From: a virus
Reading direction: 5' to 3' (one strand)
Length of the DNA: 64,000 bases
Virus record (IMG/VR): IMGVR_UViG_3300020469_005214
Coordinates: 1 to 64,000 of that record
Notes under the pieces: generated by a model
The model's input: only the letters and a program-made list of their open reading frames with translations
The model's database searches: none
Told to the model about the DNA's origin: nothing
Shown: positions 31,401 through 41,200 of the stretch, one piece after another
Position numbering within the stretch: position 1 is the first letter of the stretch
Layout: each line of letters starts with the position of its first letter
Translations under genes and position numbers: made by a program

Positions 31401-34400
31401 GCAAATAGTCACCAATATTTAATTTATTCAGCGTTATTGATCCACTATAAAGAGCCCCAGAAACTATATTTGATTTAGGGCCATCCTGACCACCACCAGC
31501 ATCACCACCACCACCACCAGCACCGGCAGCATCTGCACCTGGACAACCTGGCGGTGGTTCGCATAAGTTATTATCATCATCATCATCATCAGTATCCTCA
31601 TCTTCTTTTTTACTAAGTTCACTTAATAAATCTAAATTACAAATAAAACCAACGTCTTTCCAGTCTGCTTTTGGCTTATTATTTTCTCCAACAAAAAGTG
31701 GATCAGAAGAAGTAATCGTTTCTTGATATTTAAGGGAAAAACCAACTCCTTGAGCTATATTATATGGGATTCCAGTTGTGTCATATTGAATATATGCCAT
31801 ATCTTGAACAAAGTCTTGCTTTATATCTCTAGTTACAGGAATTAAGCCACTACCACCTGAGTAGAATACGTATGATTCTCCCCAAGGACCGCCACCGTCT
31901 TCAGACAAGTATTCGCTCCGACTTAATTGCGACTGTTCGAAAGAAATAATCTTACCTGAAACACTGGGACTTTCATCTATATATCCTCCTTCTACTTTGC
32001 TAATAAAGCCGTCATTCCAAAATAGTAAAGCCGTCCAAGGAACTAGTCTACTTTTGTTTCCCCAACCATCAAAAACTACTACCTCTAATTTATCTTCAGG
32101 AAAAATTTCGCCATCATATCTCCAAACATATTCTGGACTAGAATTTCCAGTTGTTTCAGAAAGATAAGGCCATGTCATAGTATCAAATATAAAATTATTA
32201 TAAGCAGTGCCAAATCCAAGTATTGAGGAGCCTCTATTAGAGGCATTGCTCAGAAAACCATTACCTTCGGTAGATATATTAAAAATAGGAGGAACAAATG
32301 GTTTTGAAAAAACTCCTACAGACAAACTGTTAGAGTTTTCATCATATTCACTATTATTTGGTAATGGCTTGGCGTTCCAAGCCCTTAATACTCTCTTGTC
32401 ATCAACTACTACCAGCTCTATACTTGAATATACAACAGGGCTACCAAATGCTTCAATTTCATCTATTCTATCTTGATAAGAAACAACAAATTCTCCACGC
32501 CCATGCCAACTACTGGTAACCCTAAATACTTGATTATCATCAGTACTTAAATTTGTTATGTTATAATCAGCACCTGCTGCAGTCGTAATTTTACCGCCTA
32601 CTACGTATACCGAATAAGGGGGCTGATGAGAATACCACATTATATTTCTGGCGGGTGATACAATAATTTCGTCGTTTCGTAGTATTGCAAAATCATCATC
32701 TACAAAATTAGGTTCACCACCTCTTGTAGTTTTTGCTCTAATTTCTAACTGTTTAATATAAAGAGAGCTTGGAGGTCGATAATTTTGTTGTGAATATTCA
32801 GCATCTTCAAGAAATAATTCAGGCAAATAATCATTTAAATCTTGATTATCGATGTCCAATATTGCTTTTATATCAAGATTAGCGAAACCCTTAGTAACTA
32901 CCGTACTAATCAGATTACTGAAATTCGCTGAGTTAACATCACTCATATTTATCCATTGAGCGTTGCATTCGGATACTAAAGAATTTAAAAAGGATTCAAA
33001 ATGAGGTTGTAGTTCTATTGGATCACCAAATTGATCTTTAGTAGTAGTAAAAAAAATAGTTTGGATTTCTTTGGTTGATAAGATCGATAAAGCACTTCCT
33101 TTAATAGACGGACTAGAAGTATCCTGTTCGTCTGTAAACGCACATAAAACAACCTTCCTGTCGTTATAACCATCAAATCCACCAGCATTATCTATATCTA
33201 CAATTGCGTGAGCCAATTCTTCCTTGCCCCCACCAATATTTATGTAATCAGTGATATTATTTAACACGGCTTGGAACTCTTCATAAGAGCTTGGATTAAA
33301 CACCATATCCGTATCTGCATACTCATTTAAAATACCAGCGAAGTAACCTGGGCCGCTATAATAATCATATGAATAAATTGCTGCATTAATTATTCGAAAA
33401 TTAAAAAGTTCAGATGCAGCTATAGCAGCAGAGCAATTTCTTATATTGTCATTCATAGAGCCAGATCTATCAAATAAAAATATGATGTCCAAATCGTCAG
33501 AAATTACCTCTTCTGTGCCTGAATCATCTACAAGTCTTACTTTACTATCGCCCGTCAAATTATTTAAATTAAAGTTACTTAAGTCTGAAATTCCATGATG
33601 ATAATCATGTGCTGGATTTACGAATCCAGTTATAGCATCATCATCTTTGTAATAAATACCAGTATAAGTCATTTCCCCTTGAAAAGTACCACTTATAATC
33701 GCACGACCTGTTCCGTCTTGTAATGTCGTTGTTCTTTCAATATTTGCGTTTGGTGGCAACAAATCTTCAACTCTTTCTTCAGTAATTCCAGAGACTACCT
33801 GATCTCCAGAAATACTTCTACTAAAAAAAGGATCAATATTCATACTGAAAGTATCTATTAAATCTGGCATACCTGTAGGCAATATTATGGCACTTGAAAG
33901 TGAAGTTTCAACTGACACCTCTCCAGTATTTGATAATAAATATGTATGAAAAATATCTCCAGATAACATGCCTGTAGATCCATTAGTATTTGCAAAATAT
34001 ATAGGATCTCCACTTACAAAATTTACATCAAAAAAGTCAAATTCTCCAGTTATTCCAGTATTTAAAGTTGAATCAACATCAAGAAGTCCAGAAGCTAAAT
34101 AAACTTCTCCAGAAACTGATGGAGTTCCAGTTACAGTAACTGATGAAGCAAAAGAAACTACATATCCACTTAAATTAACTGGGGCAAAAACACAAAAATC
34201 ATTAAAATTAACAGACGCTTCTCTCTGTCCGCCATCAACATACGGTTCTCCGCTGTAAGGAACATATTGAATGTCTCCAGTTACTAATTGATCGCCGATA
34301 TTTGATCCAGAAACCTTAATTACATAATTACCAGAAGGTCTGAAATAATTATCAAAAAAGTATTGTTCAAATATATTTTTAAATGAAATATTACCGCTTA

Positions 34401-35628
34401 TTGATAAATCTAAAGTTCCTCTAAATTTATCTTCATAATAAATCCCATAAGTTTTTGCTCTCAATGTCACTGGTTTGAAAAAGGGGATAGTATTTATTAG
34501 AAGACCTCCAGTTATTTCTCCCGTTCTTTCTCCTGAAATGAGTCCTGACCCAATATAAGTGTATAAACTTGTATCAACCTGAAAAGTATCCGCTGGGGCT
34601 AACCATCTTTGTTGAGCACCATCAATCATGTTAATATTTTGAAGGTTAAAGAATTCAGGTATTCTTTTGATTTGATCTACATAAGCATTATCTGAAGGTG
34701 AATAACCAGCAGAAAATGTCGTAATACCTGATAAAGGATTTGAGGCTGCAGTGTTTGTAGATGTATTGTAATAATCGTATACAGGAATTTGCAAAGCCTG
34801 AATTTGATCTATTATATCTTGCTCAAAAACACCTGCGCCGTCTTCACCAAAATCAAAGGTGCTAGTGTCACTGTCTCTTAATAAAAATACTTTCCTATCT
34901 CTACTGCTTTGCCTATTGAGAGCTTGCTGTAACCATTTGAATTTTTTTGTGCCGTTGCTCCCACCCACATTAAGTCCTGTTGCCAAAAAGCCAGTCAAAT
35001 ATGCTCTTCCAGTTTCGGTTTCAGCATCTACAAAAGGATTGTTTCGAAATGCCAGAACTAAAGGAATTATGTTAACTGAACCTCTTAAACCACTAAAAAA
35101 AGTGTTTGCGAAATTAGAAAAACCACCACCGAACGCACTCGTTCCTCTGGTAACCAATACCGTACTTTGACCAGAAAATGTATTTGTAGGAGACTCTCCA
35201 GTTTCTGCATCATATCCTCCAGTTAAGGTTCCTTCTGAAAATCCAGAATATCGGAGACCTCCGACTAAAATAGTAGCCATACTATTGTCAATATCTCCAG
35301 AAAATTCAAGACCAGTCCAAGTATAATAATCATGATTTCTTAAACTTCTATCGAAATCAGTGCGCCAAACGCTATTAATACCAATTTCTTCTTTTCTAAA
35401 TTCTAAACTTTCAGAAGGTGGATCTTCTGGATAAAATTTATTAACAGGATCAATATAATAGCTACCAACGTTAGTTTCTAAATCGTACAAAAGATTACTA
35501 GAAACCCTATTGCCAATATTGAAAAAATCTGGAAGATCAAAGTTTGATAAAGGCAGATTGGTTTCTACATCCAAAATATCTCCAGTAGATAGGTCATATC
35601 TTCCAGTTGATGTATAATAATCTGACAT
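28450..35628 (-). CDS. Giant tail fibre/baseplate protein with vWA domain and discoidin-like motifs
   Basis: 2392 aa; DIIFLFDRSGSM MIDAS motif at ~33457-33471; FQGSDNGQRW and YRYYRL motifs; very SG/TG rich. Confidence 0.75.
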   Translation of the reverse strand: MSDYYTSTGRYDLSTGDILDVETNLPLSNFDLPDFFNIGNRVSSNLLYDLETNVGSYYIDPVNKFYPEDPPSESLEFRKEEIGINSVWRTDFDRSLRNHDYYTWTGLEFSGDIDNSMATILVGGLRYSGFSEGTLTGGYDAETGESPTNTFSGQSTVLVTRGTSAFGGGFSNFANTFFSGLRGSVNIIPLVLAFRNNPFVDAETETGRAYLTGFLATGLNVGGSNGTKKFKWLQQALNRQSSRDRKVFLLRDSDTSTFDFGEDGAGVFEQDIIDQIQALQIPVYDYYNTSTNTAASNPLSGITTFSAGYSPSDNAYVDQIKRIPEFFNLQNINMIDGAQQRWLAPADTFQVDTSLYTYIGSGLISGERTGEITGGLLINTIPFFKPVTLRAKTYGIYYEDKFRGTLDLSISGNISFKNIFEQYFFDNYFRPSGNYVIKVSGSNIGDQLVTGDIQYVPYSGEPYVDGGQREASVNFNDFCVFAPVNLSGYVVSFASSVTVTGTPSVSGEVYLASGLLDVDSTLNTGITGEFDFFDVNFVSGDPIYFANTNGSTGMLSGDIFHTYLLSNTGEVSVETSLSSAIILPTGMPDLIDTFSMNIDPFFSRSISGDQVVSGITEERVEDLLPPNANIERTTTLQDGTGRAIISGTFQGEMTYTGIYYKDDDAITGFVNPAHDYHHGISDLSNFNLNNLTGDSKVRLVDDSGTEEVISDDLDIIFLFDRSGSMNDNIRNCSAAIAASELFNFRIINAAIYSYDYYSGPGYFAGILNEYADTDMVFNPSSYEEFQAVLNNITDYINIGGGKEELAHAIVDIDNAGGFDGYNDRKVVLCAFTDEQDTSSPSIKGSALSILSTKEIQTIFFTTTKDQFGDPIELQPHFESFLNSLVSECNAQWINMSDVNSANFSNLISTVVTKGFANLDIKAILDIDNQDLNDYLPELFLEDAEYSQQNYRPPSSLYIKQLEIRAKTTRGGEPNFVDDDFAILRNDEIIVSPARNIMWYSHQPPYSVYVVGGKITTAAGADYNITNLSTDDNQVFRVTSSWHGRGEFVVSYQDRIDEIEAFGSPVVYSSIELVVVDDKRVLRAWNAKPLPNNSEYDENSNSLSVGVFSKPFVPPIFNISTEGNGFLSNASNRGSSILGFGTAYNNFIFDTMTWPYLSETTGNSSPEYVWRYDGEIFPEDKLEVVVFDGWGNKSRLVPWTALLFWNDGFISKVEGGYIDESPSVSGKIISFEQSQLSRSEYLSEDGGGPWGESYVFYSGGSGLIPVTRDIKQDFVQDMAYIQYDTTGIPYNIAQGVGFSLKYQETITSSDPLFVGENNKPKADWKDVGFICNLDLLSELSKKEDEDTDDDDDDNNLCEPPPGCPGADAAGAGGGGGDAGGGQDGPKSNIVSGALYSGSITLNKLNIGDYLQFSPYNFDYSGAYLEAYGTGFPDIYNLDNNFYYDRFGNSHSTFSNAVELAYLLNGYYNDFSLGVNKRGIWQQFKTGISEFAGDTSGDFYNGPLLKATALTPNFLTIESLIFGDMGNYKIEFENTYGVPSSKYQYSMPLSIAFQGSDNGQRWKNLMLKDFDYSLDTHEIISDGFEINTDPIEFREGSELRVDNEKNGVDFISINSIDHVIQSGTDGAFLNTIQSNGISFLNSGTSAFTGIEFPSGIDVSDFNEHSIRYEYSGNYSGSLLGFVNGYTIVKPKEEEDGPPETPDILAECPLANREIVRRTRTIVIDSGVDSFGNIFQITQDQGQDCSGCRDFQQIEVPAGHPLNSGKVPTDADYVHTGFVKCETDGAIELETERDQAKVQTISYSGFFTGFEGQNIFPSNNVYFKGSFTAPLEPQATFEITDEVAVYPIDTASLFFSDISITSLSDIIDEDESAESNSAVEPSISFRTGFVFDNEIDYRYYRLLYSGFSIITGVEGCESQSGTVIFDEVNLYGPTEYTFERSGSQDITLFDATYSGDLEVQVTGSLTGMHVGTSPSGILAVSERKTGVINSEFFHDGQQIYATDFFANYIDTISGVGVVSGNITGLFYDTGTSKLLNEIPVVELVTGFGNFEVEVNEVNNLSDIATDEQVFIDLEGSTRFTGIGNVKALQSGINSFATISGSETGFINDGSGSFDFFRSESVLLAGKMLLQNQNGLLTEDSDNIKLEGIELEVFGSTPTGYINAQIILNYNSPVIGDRIILGNNGFINSTGNALPNLFNDITGLSNVINSGDSGFTSSIVDIDTLQIFANRLGELGNSIQVNSFGSGGKPTFQSNTFTGGKDIHQSLTGYGLFTGRAIETVDNTGIYQVDYTGEITGAINIFTGIKTFTGTFELFTGRFFKFINFRDNIPAGTVTSIYDQGFTNMGTFPSQFNTYIDYVPSDLIDYSDTNNEPDVAELVITGINLTGYRIPIHGDK

Positions 35629-35841
35629 TTAAATATGTTGTAATATATTGTTTTTATATCGCTTCTGAATTGCATGTTTTCTGCAACTAGAGCAACCACC
35701 CTGAATACCTAATTCTTTAATGTATTGTTTATGAAGATCTTTGAACTTTTCTGGTAATTCTCCTTCTTTAAGTCCAAAAAAAATATTTACAATTTCATTA
35801 ACATCTGTTTGCACCCCTTTATCCCTAATAATCCTTCTCAT
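35629..35841 (-). CDS. Small CxxC protein
   Basis: GGCSSCRK; first gene after a late promoter. Confidence 0.7.
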   Translation of the reverse strand: MRRIIRDKGVQTDVNEIVNIFFGLKEGELPEKFKDLHKQYIKELGIQGGCSSCRKHAIQKRYKNNILQHI

Positions 35842-35849
35842 AAGGGAAT

Positions 35850-35877
35850 ATTACAGTTTTTTTAACGAAAAGAGAAA
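35850..35877 (-). promoter_or_regulatory. Late promoter TTTCTC-N16-TGTAAT (inverted operon)
   Basis: Exact consensus on the minus strand; ATG 8 nt downstream. Confidence 0.85.
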
Positions 35878-35905
35878 TTTCTTAACCATAGATAAAATGT
35901 GTAAT
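35878..35905 (+). promoter_or_regulatory. Late promoter TTTCTT-N16-TGTAAT
   Basis: Back to back with the minus-strand copy; ATG 8 nt downstream. Confidence 0.75.
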
Positions 35906-35913
35906 AATGTCGT

Positions 35914-38244
35914 ATGGCAAAGGATTTTTTGGAGTTTTATAGGAGCAAAGGTAATAATTTGTCGGATATCGATATATATTATGATTTTGACACTGGAAAT
36001 CTTGAAGAAGTACCTGTTGGTGGCTTCTTTATGGCAGGTAATACTGAAAGACCCATAGTTTACAATAAAAATTCAGAAATAACACAATATAATTCCAACG
36101 CTATTGGCGAAAATTTTTCTGGATTTTACGACGAAGAAGGTAGCGGTAATCTTAATAAATCTTCTCCTGGAGAAGCAAGTTATTTAAAAGTTTTTGATGG
36201 AAGTAATTTATCTGGCGCTTCAAACTGGACTTTTCTAATTACTACAAATAAGTCTGGAACTAATAATGGTCTTATTTTTAGCAGTTTATCAGGCGACAAA
36301 GGTTTTAATATAGGCTTTAATGATACTCATAACTTTTATCTTGAGTCGCCTTCTGGAGTATTTGTTTCAGAATTGAATTATGCTAGCTATAATGGACTAT
36401 TTTTAAGTAAAAATGCATCAAACTTTAATATAGGTAGATATAATTTTGATAAAAAGAAATTTGATTTCGAAAGTTTTAGGATGGATGGAGTTTCTCATGG
36501 TGAAAATTGGTTTATTGGCGGAACACCAAATGAACAAATATTAGAATCAAGTTTTAGCGGTATAATAGATAATTTTGTTTATTTTAATAAAAAAATAAAT
36601 AATACTAAATTAAATAGCGTATTTTCTGGAGTTCTTACTGTGGATCAAAGTTCTTTGGGCTTTATTGATTTAACTGGAAAACGTGTTACCACAACTGGAT
36701 TTGTTGAATCTGGAATTAGAAATATTTTTGAAGAATCTGCCGATATTTCTGGAAGATTTTCCGTTTTGAAAGAAACCATACCTTTTAATAGTAATATAAT
36801 AAAAACTGGACACATTAATGATCTTTGTGGAAATAGAGAGCCACTTTATGGAAGCGGAAACAAAATTGGCGTAAAAAAAGGAAACTTTTTCATTGAATAT
36901 AGCGGTAATTTTACCGAGTCAACATCTTCTGTAACAAATAATAACACAAGCGGCTCTATCTTTGTAACTAGACAATTACTTACTGGTTTTGAAAGCCAAG
37001 TAACTTTAAGCACTGGAGACTTTGTAAATCTAATATTTCAATACAACTGTCTAAACGAGTGCGGAAATGTTGAACCCATATTTTCATTTGAAAGTGGGAC
37101 TGGAATTGTAAGTGGTTTTAACTTTATACCTTTAAGCGGTCTTGTGAGTGGTATTGATTCTACCACGATTGAAACTGGAACTTTAAAAGAAGTGTCCGTG
37201 CATGATATTATTGATCAATCTTGTGGATTTCATATTGATAGTGGTTATGTTGATCAATACGGATTTGACTCGATTTTTATTAATAAATATATGCGTCCTA
37301 ATGCTTTAAATCAGTCTTTAGTTTCTTCTGGAGATCTAAATTTAAATAATCTAGTAGAATATAATAATACTAAAAGGTTTTTTAACATTCCACAAAAAGA
37401 TTTAGACAATAACTTTTTTGCATTCTATAGCGGACATCTACAGGTATCAGGAGAAAATTATGATATAAGGGATAATAATAAAATTACTGGACATGGATTA
37501 AATTCTTCTGGCGCTTTTACTTACGGAAATTTATCTGTATTAAAAATTAGAAACGTTAGCGATACATACACTTTATCAGGAGAAACTTCATTGTTATTTA
37601 CTGGAGAAAAAAATACTTTACACACAATCTTAACTGGTTCTGGATCGAATCATACTCTATCAGAAATTGCCGATGACGGTGTTACTAGTTTTGTTTTTGG
37701 CGGGCTAACATATAATACTGTAGGCAGTATTGTAAATAATAAGATTGTATGGGATACTGAAGATAATAGTGTTATATATGTTATTTCTTGGGATAATTCA
37801 AAATGGATTCAAACTATATCCGCTGTTCCAGGTCTAGAAAATACTGTACACACTGATGATACAAAATATCCTTGGAGAAATGCAGGTGGAGGATTACAAA
37901 GCAATTTTAGTAATCTTGTAGGGTTGTCAGCCGAAGAATTCAAGGCTATGGAATTTAATGATAATTTTCAAATTAATAGCGGAGATAATCATTATTTAAG
38001 TTTTAATAAATTTTTTGAAAAAAGCTCAATGGTATTCTCAAATGGGGAAAAAATGTTACATGGTTCTGAGTATTTAGAGACAGCAAATAACAAAAGGTTA
38101 AGATCTGGGATATTCGAAGTAAAAGGAGATTCTTTTGGGGCTATAAACGAATTTTTTGATAAAAACATTTTGGGCAACAATATCTTGTTACAAGATGGTA
38201 ACAATGTCTTAACTCAAAGCACTGATAACTTATCCTTAGAATAG
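35914..38244 (+). CDS. LamG/concanavalin-A-like domain tail protein ending in the LL..LT..LE motif
   Basis: WTFLIT...WFIGG...FSGIIDNFVYF LamG signature; SG/TG rich. Confidence 0.7.
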   Translation: MAKDFLEFYRSKGNNLSDIDIYYDFDTGNLEEVPVGGFFMAGNTERPIVYNKNSEITQYNSNAIGENFSGFYDEEGSGNLNKSSPGEASYLKVFDGSNLSGASNWTFLITTNKSGTNNGLIFSSLSGDKGFNIGFNDTHNFYLESPSGVFVSELNYASYNGLFLSKNASNFNIGRYNFDKKKFDFESFRMDGVSHGENWFIGGTPNEQILESSFSGIIDNFVYFNKKINNTKLNSVFSGVLTVDQSSLGFIDLTGKRVTTTGFVESGIRNIFEESADISGRFSVLKETIPFNSNIIKTGHINDLCGNREPLYGSGNKIGVKKGNFFIEYSGNFTESTSSVTNNNTSGSIFVTRQLLTGFESQVTLSTGDFVNLIFQYNCLNECGNVEPIFSFESGTGIVSGFNFIPLSGLVSGIDSTTIETGTLKEVSVHDIIDQSCGFHIDSGYVDQYGFDSIFINKYMRPNALNQSLVSSGDLNLNNLVEYNNTKRFFNIPQKDLDNNFFAFYSGHLQVSGENYDIRDNNKITGHGLNSSGAFTYGNLSVLKIRNVSDTYTLSGETSLLFTGEKNTLHTILTGSGSNHTLSEIADDGVTSFVFGGLTYNTVGSIVNNKIVWDTEDNSVIYVISWDNSKWIQTISAVPGLENTVHTDDTKYPWRNAGGGLQSNFSNLVGLSAEEFKAMEFNDNFQINSGDNHYLSFNKFFEKSSMVFSNGEKMLHGSEYLETANNKRLRSGIFEVKGDSFGAINEFFDKNILGNNILLQDGNNVLTQSTDNLSLE

Positions 38245-38289
38245 CTTTGATTGAAAAAATAATAGTGTATAATATAATATAATATAATA

Positions 38290-41200
38290 ATGAAAGAAAT
38301 AAAAGCAGAATCAATACAAATTGATGGAGCAAGTGAGATATTTGGAGGTAAAATATATAACGCTTCATTTACAAATAATTTTTCAGATTCACCATCTGCC
38401 TTCACTATAAACGTTGTCAATGAAACAGGTGAATATGATATTCCAGATTTAGATGCCAGATCTATTAAAGAACTTTACGAAATAACTATAGGAGAAACGT
38501 TGTTTGGGCAATATAGCTTGGTTAAGACGCGTACAAGTGTAAACAAATCGGGTAAAGTATTGGAATTAACTTTCTTTGACATTACTATGAATTTTGACAA
38601 AATTTTTATTGGATTACACAAAAAACATGGAATTATACCAAGATCTGAACCAAAGGGGGGTGAAAGACTAAAAAGCTATAGTAAAGAAGATACAATGCTT
38701 TCATTAAATGGTATAGGCGCTGAAGGAGGTGGTGAAGAAGGAGACCTAAGACCAATGTATCATATTCAGCTTAATGAACAGGAGGAAATTACACCTTTAA
38801 TTATATTGGGCAGAGAATTTCATCCTTGTGATACAAATCGAGATGGATATCTAAATCTTGACGAAGATATATTTAAAGTAGACGGATGTGACCCATGTCC
38901 AACTTGCCCAGAAGATAAATATGATGGAAGTTTAGATCGTCAAAGATGTTTAGATTTAGAGTGTAGTGAAATTTTTGAAGTTAGATATAACTTTAAGGCA
39001 TTAATTGATGCAATTACCGAGTTTTTTGAAAAATCAAAGATAAATATAGTATTAGATCCAGAAGGTATACCAGAAATAAATGAACTATATTTTGCAGATT
39101 ACGAAGGAACTTTAAGGGAAGTTTTAAAAAGATGGGGGGCAGACTTTTCTTTTAACTTTTATGTAGAGAATCTTGGTGACGAGCCTACTCTTAAATTTGC
39201 GGACACCAGTGTTGAAACAGATATTATTGGTAAAAAAGAGTTGGAACAAGAAGATATTATAAGTTTTGAAGAAACACAAAGTGTCGAAAATACTCAAAAT
39301 ATTGGAACTATATCTCTTTATAAACAGGGCGGAGAAAGAAAAATTTACGATTGTTCTACAAGTGTTAAGTTAGATTTAAAGCCCATGCACTTAACAGACT
39401 TATATAATGATACGGATGATGCTCTTCTCGGTAGACAAGTTAAAGGTAACGACTTTGTATCTTTTGAAGATTTGGAAGTTTCGGTCGCTCTTACTAAATA
39501 TAGTACGGCTATACGAGAGCAATTTTGGTATGGATACATTTATGGAGCAGACGGGGGTAGACCTGGGATTACGTGCCTACAATACGTAGGACCACCCGAT
39601 ACAACAAGCTCATCTAGTGGAGAAGAAGCGCCTGAATTTTCATTGCCAGTAGAGCGCCAGGGTGGACTGGGCGAAAGATCTAAAGGTATAACCGAATCAG
39701 AAGGAATAGACGAATTAAATGAAGAAGATCTATGCGAAATAGCAAGAAATAGAGGAATACTTCAGCTTGGTGAAATGAAACTATTGGCGTTCTTTTTTCC
39801 TACTGGTATTGACGGTGAAGAACCAGAGATATATCATAACAGGGGCACCGAGTTTAATGGTGGAATGGAAGGCGTGATACCAGACTTAAATAATAAAGCG
39901 TGTAATTTGATTAAAGATGCGTGGAATCCTAGCGCAGAAGAATTAGATTTTTTTAGTCAAGTTCCGCTTTTTGGGGGTATTGATCTTAAATTTGATCCAG
40001 AAGATCCAGATAAATCACGCGATACATTTACTGTTGAATCGTTTAGTAGGGGATACTTCGTATTAGCTTCTAGAAAAGAGGAAATGTTGGAAAAGATTAT
40101 AGACAATGAAAAAAGATTAGGTAATGAGTTTATAGGAAAATATTTTGCAACAGAAATACACCCTCAAGATAATATAAATGTTTGTGGATATGACAAATAC
40201 GGACGAAAAGATTATAGCAGAAAAAATATTACTATAAAAGGAGGAGGAGAATTTTATAATTACAATGACGGAGACACTTCAAAATTTTTAGAAAGTCCCC
40301 TATTTTCTTTTGGTCACAGCAAGGGATCAAAAATCGGACAATTGCAAGACAGACTTAAAGGCAAAGAAAAGATTACAATATTACAAGATGGGCAAGACCC
40401 TTTTGATGAGGGAATAATAATACAGAAAACTGGAAACACATTTTTTCCAGAAGAGGGTGCTACAAATGATATAAAGAAATTTATAAGCATTTATGAAAGA
40501 AAAAGAATGCAGATAATACCTTTAGACCCAGTAACTCTTAGTACCTTTATAGCAAAATTTGCTCCAGAACATGTTAATGATGCAAATGTTAAAATGTTTG
40601 CTTTTTATCCAGATGATTTTAGTGATGGATTTGATATTGAAAGAGACATAATTCATCCATCAATAAAAGTAAATGCTACAGACAGTAGAGGTAGAGATGT
40701 ATCCTCTGGTTGTTACGGAGACTGCGAAAATGACAAAGAATGTTTTGAAGGAGAAAAAAATCCAGAAAGACTTGCAAAGCTAGAGGCAAAGATGAGCGAT
40801 TTGGTGCCCAATTCTACTCATTTTAGAGCTGTTCGAAGGGAAATACAGGGGGATAATTGTGTGAACGGCATATGTCAAGACAAAAATGCTTGTACCAGCA
40901 ACGAAAGCTGCGAATCTTTTGAAAGCTTTGATGGAGAAACCTTTTCTGAATATGAATGTGTAAATGGTGAATGTATTGAAAAATTAGGTTTACAGTCATC
41001 AATTACTACAAGACTAGATATAAATGGATTCAAAATTTTTGCCCCACCGCACGGATTTGCAGTGCCATCAGGTAGAAGAATTTTTATTCCTAGTATAGAA
41101 ACTTTTGAGCCTAGAAGTTATAGGTCTATTTTAGAATATCAAAAAAGAGTCGAAGTTTTTATTCCTAAAGTAGAACACATGATTCAAGATAATATAGAAA

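Noticed and set aside
26564-35850. Invertase-controlled shufflon for the inverted tail block
   Set aside because: No recombinase gene and no inverted repeats found at the block ends
38244-38289. Promoter for 38290 (GTGTATAAT with TATAAT repeats)
   Set aside because: Neither the late upstream box nor a properly spaced -35 is present; AT-rich chance matches are likely
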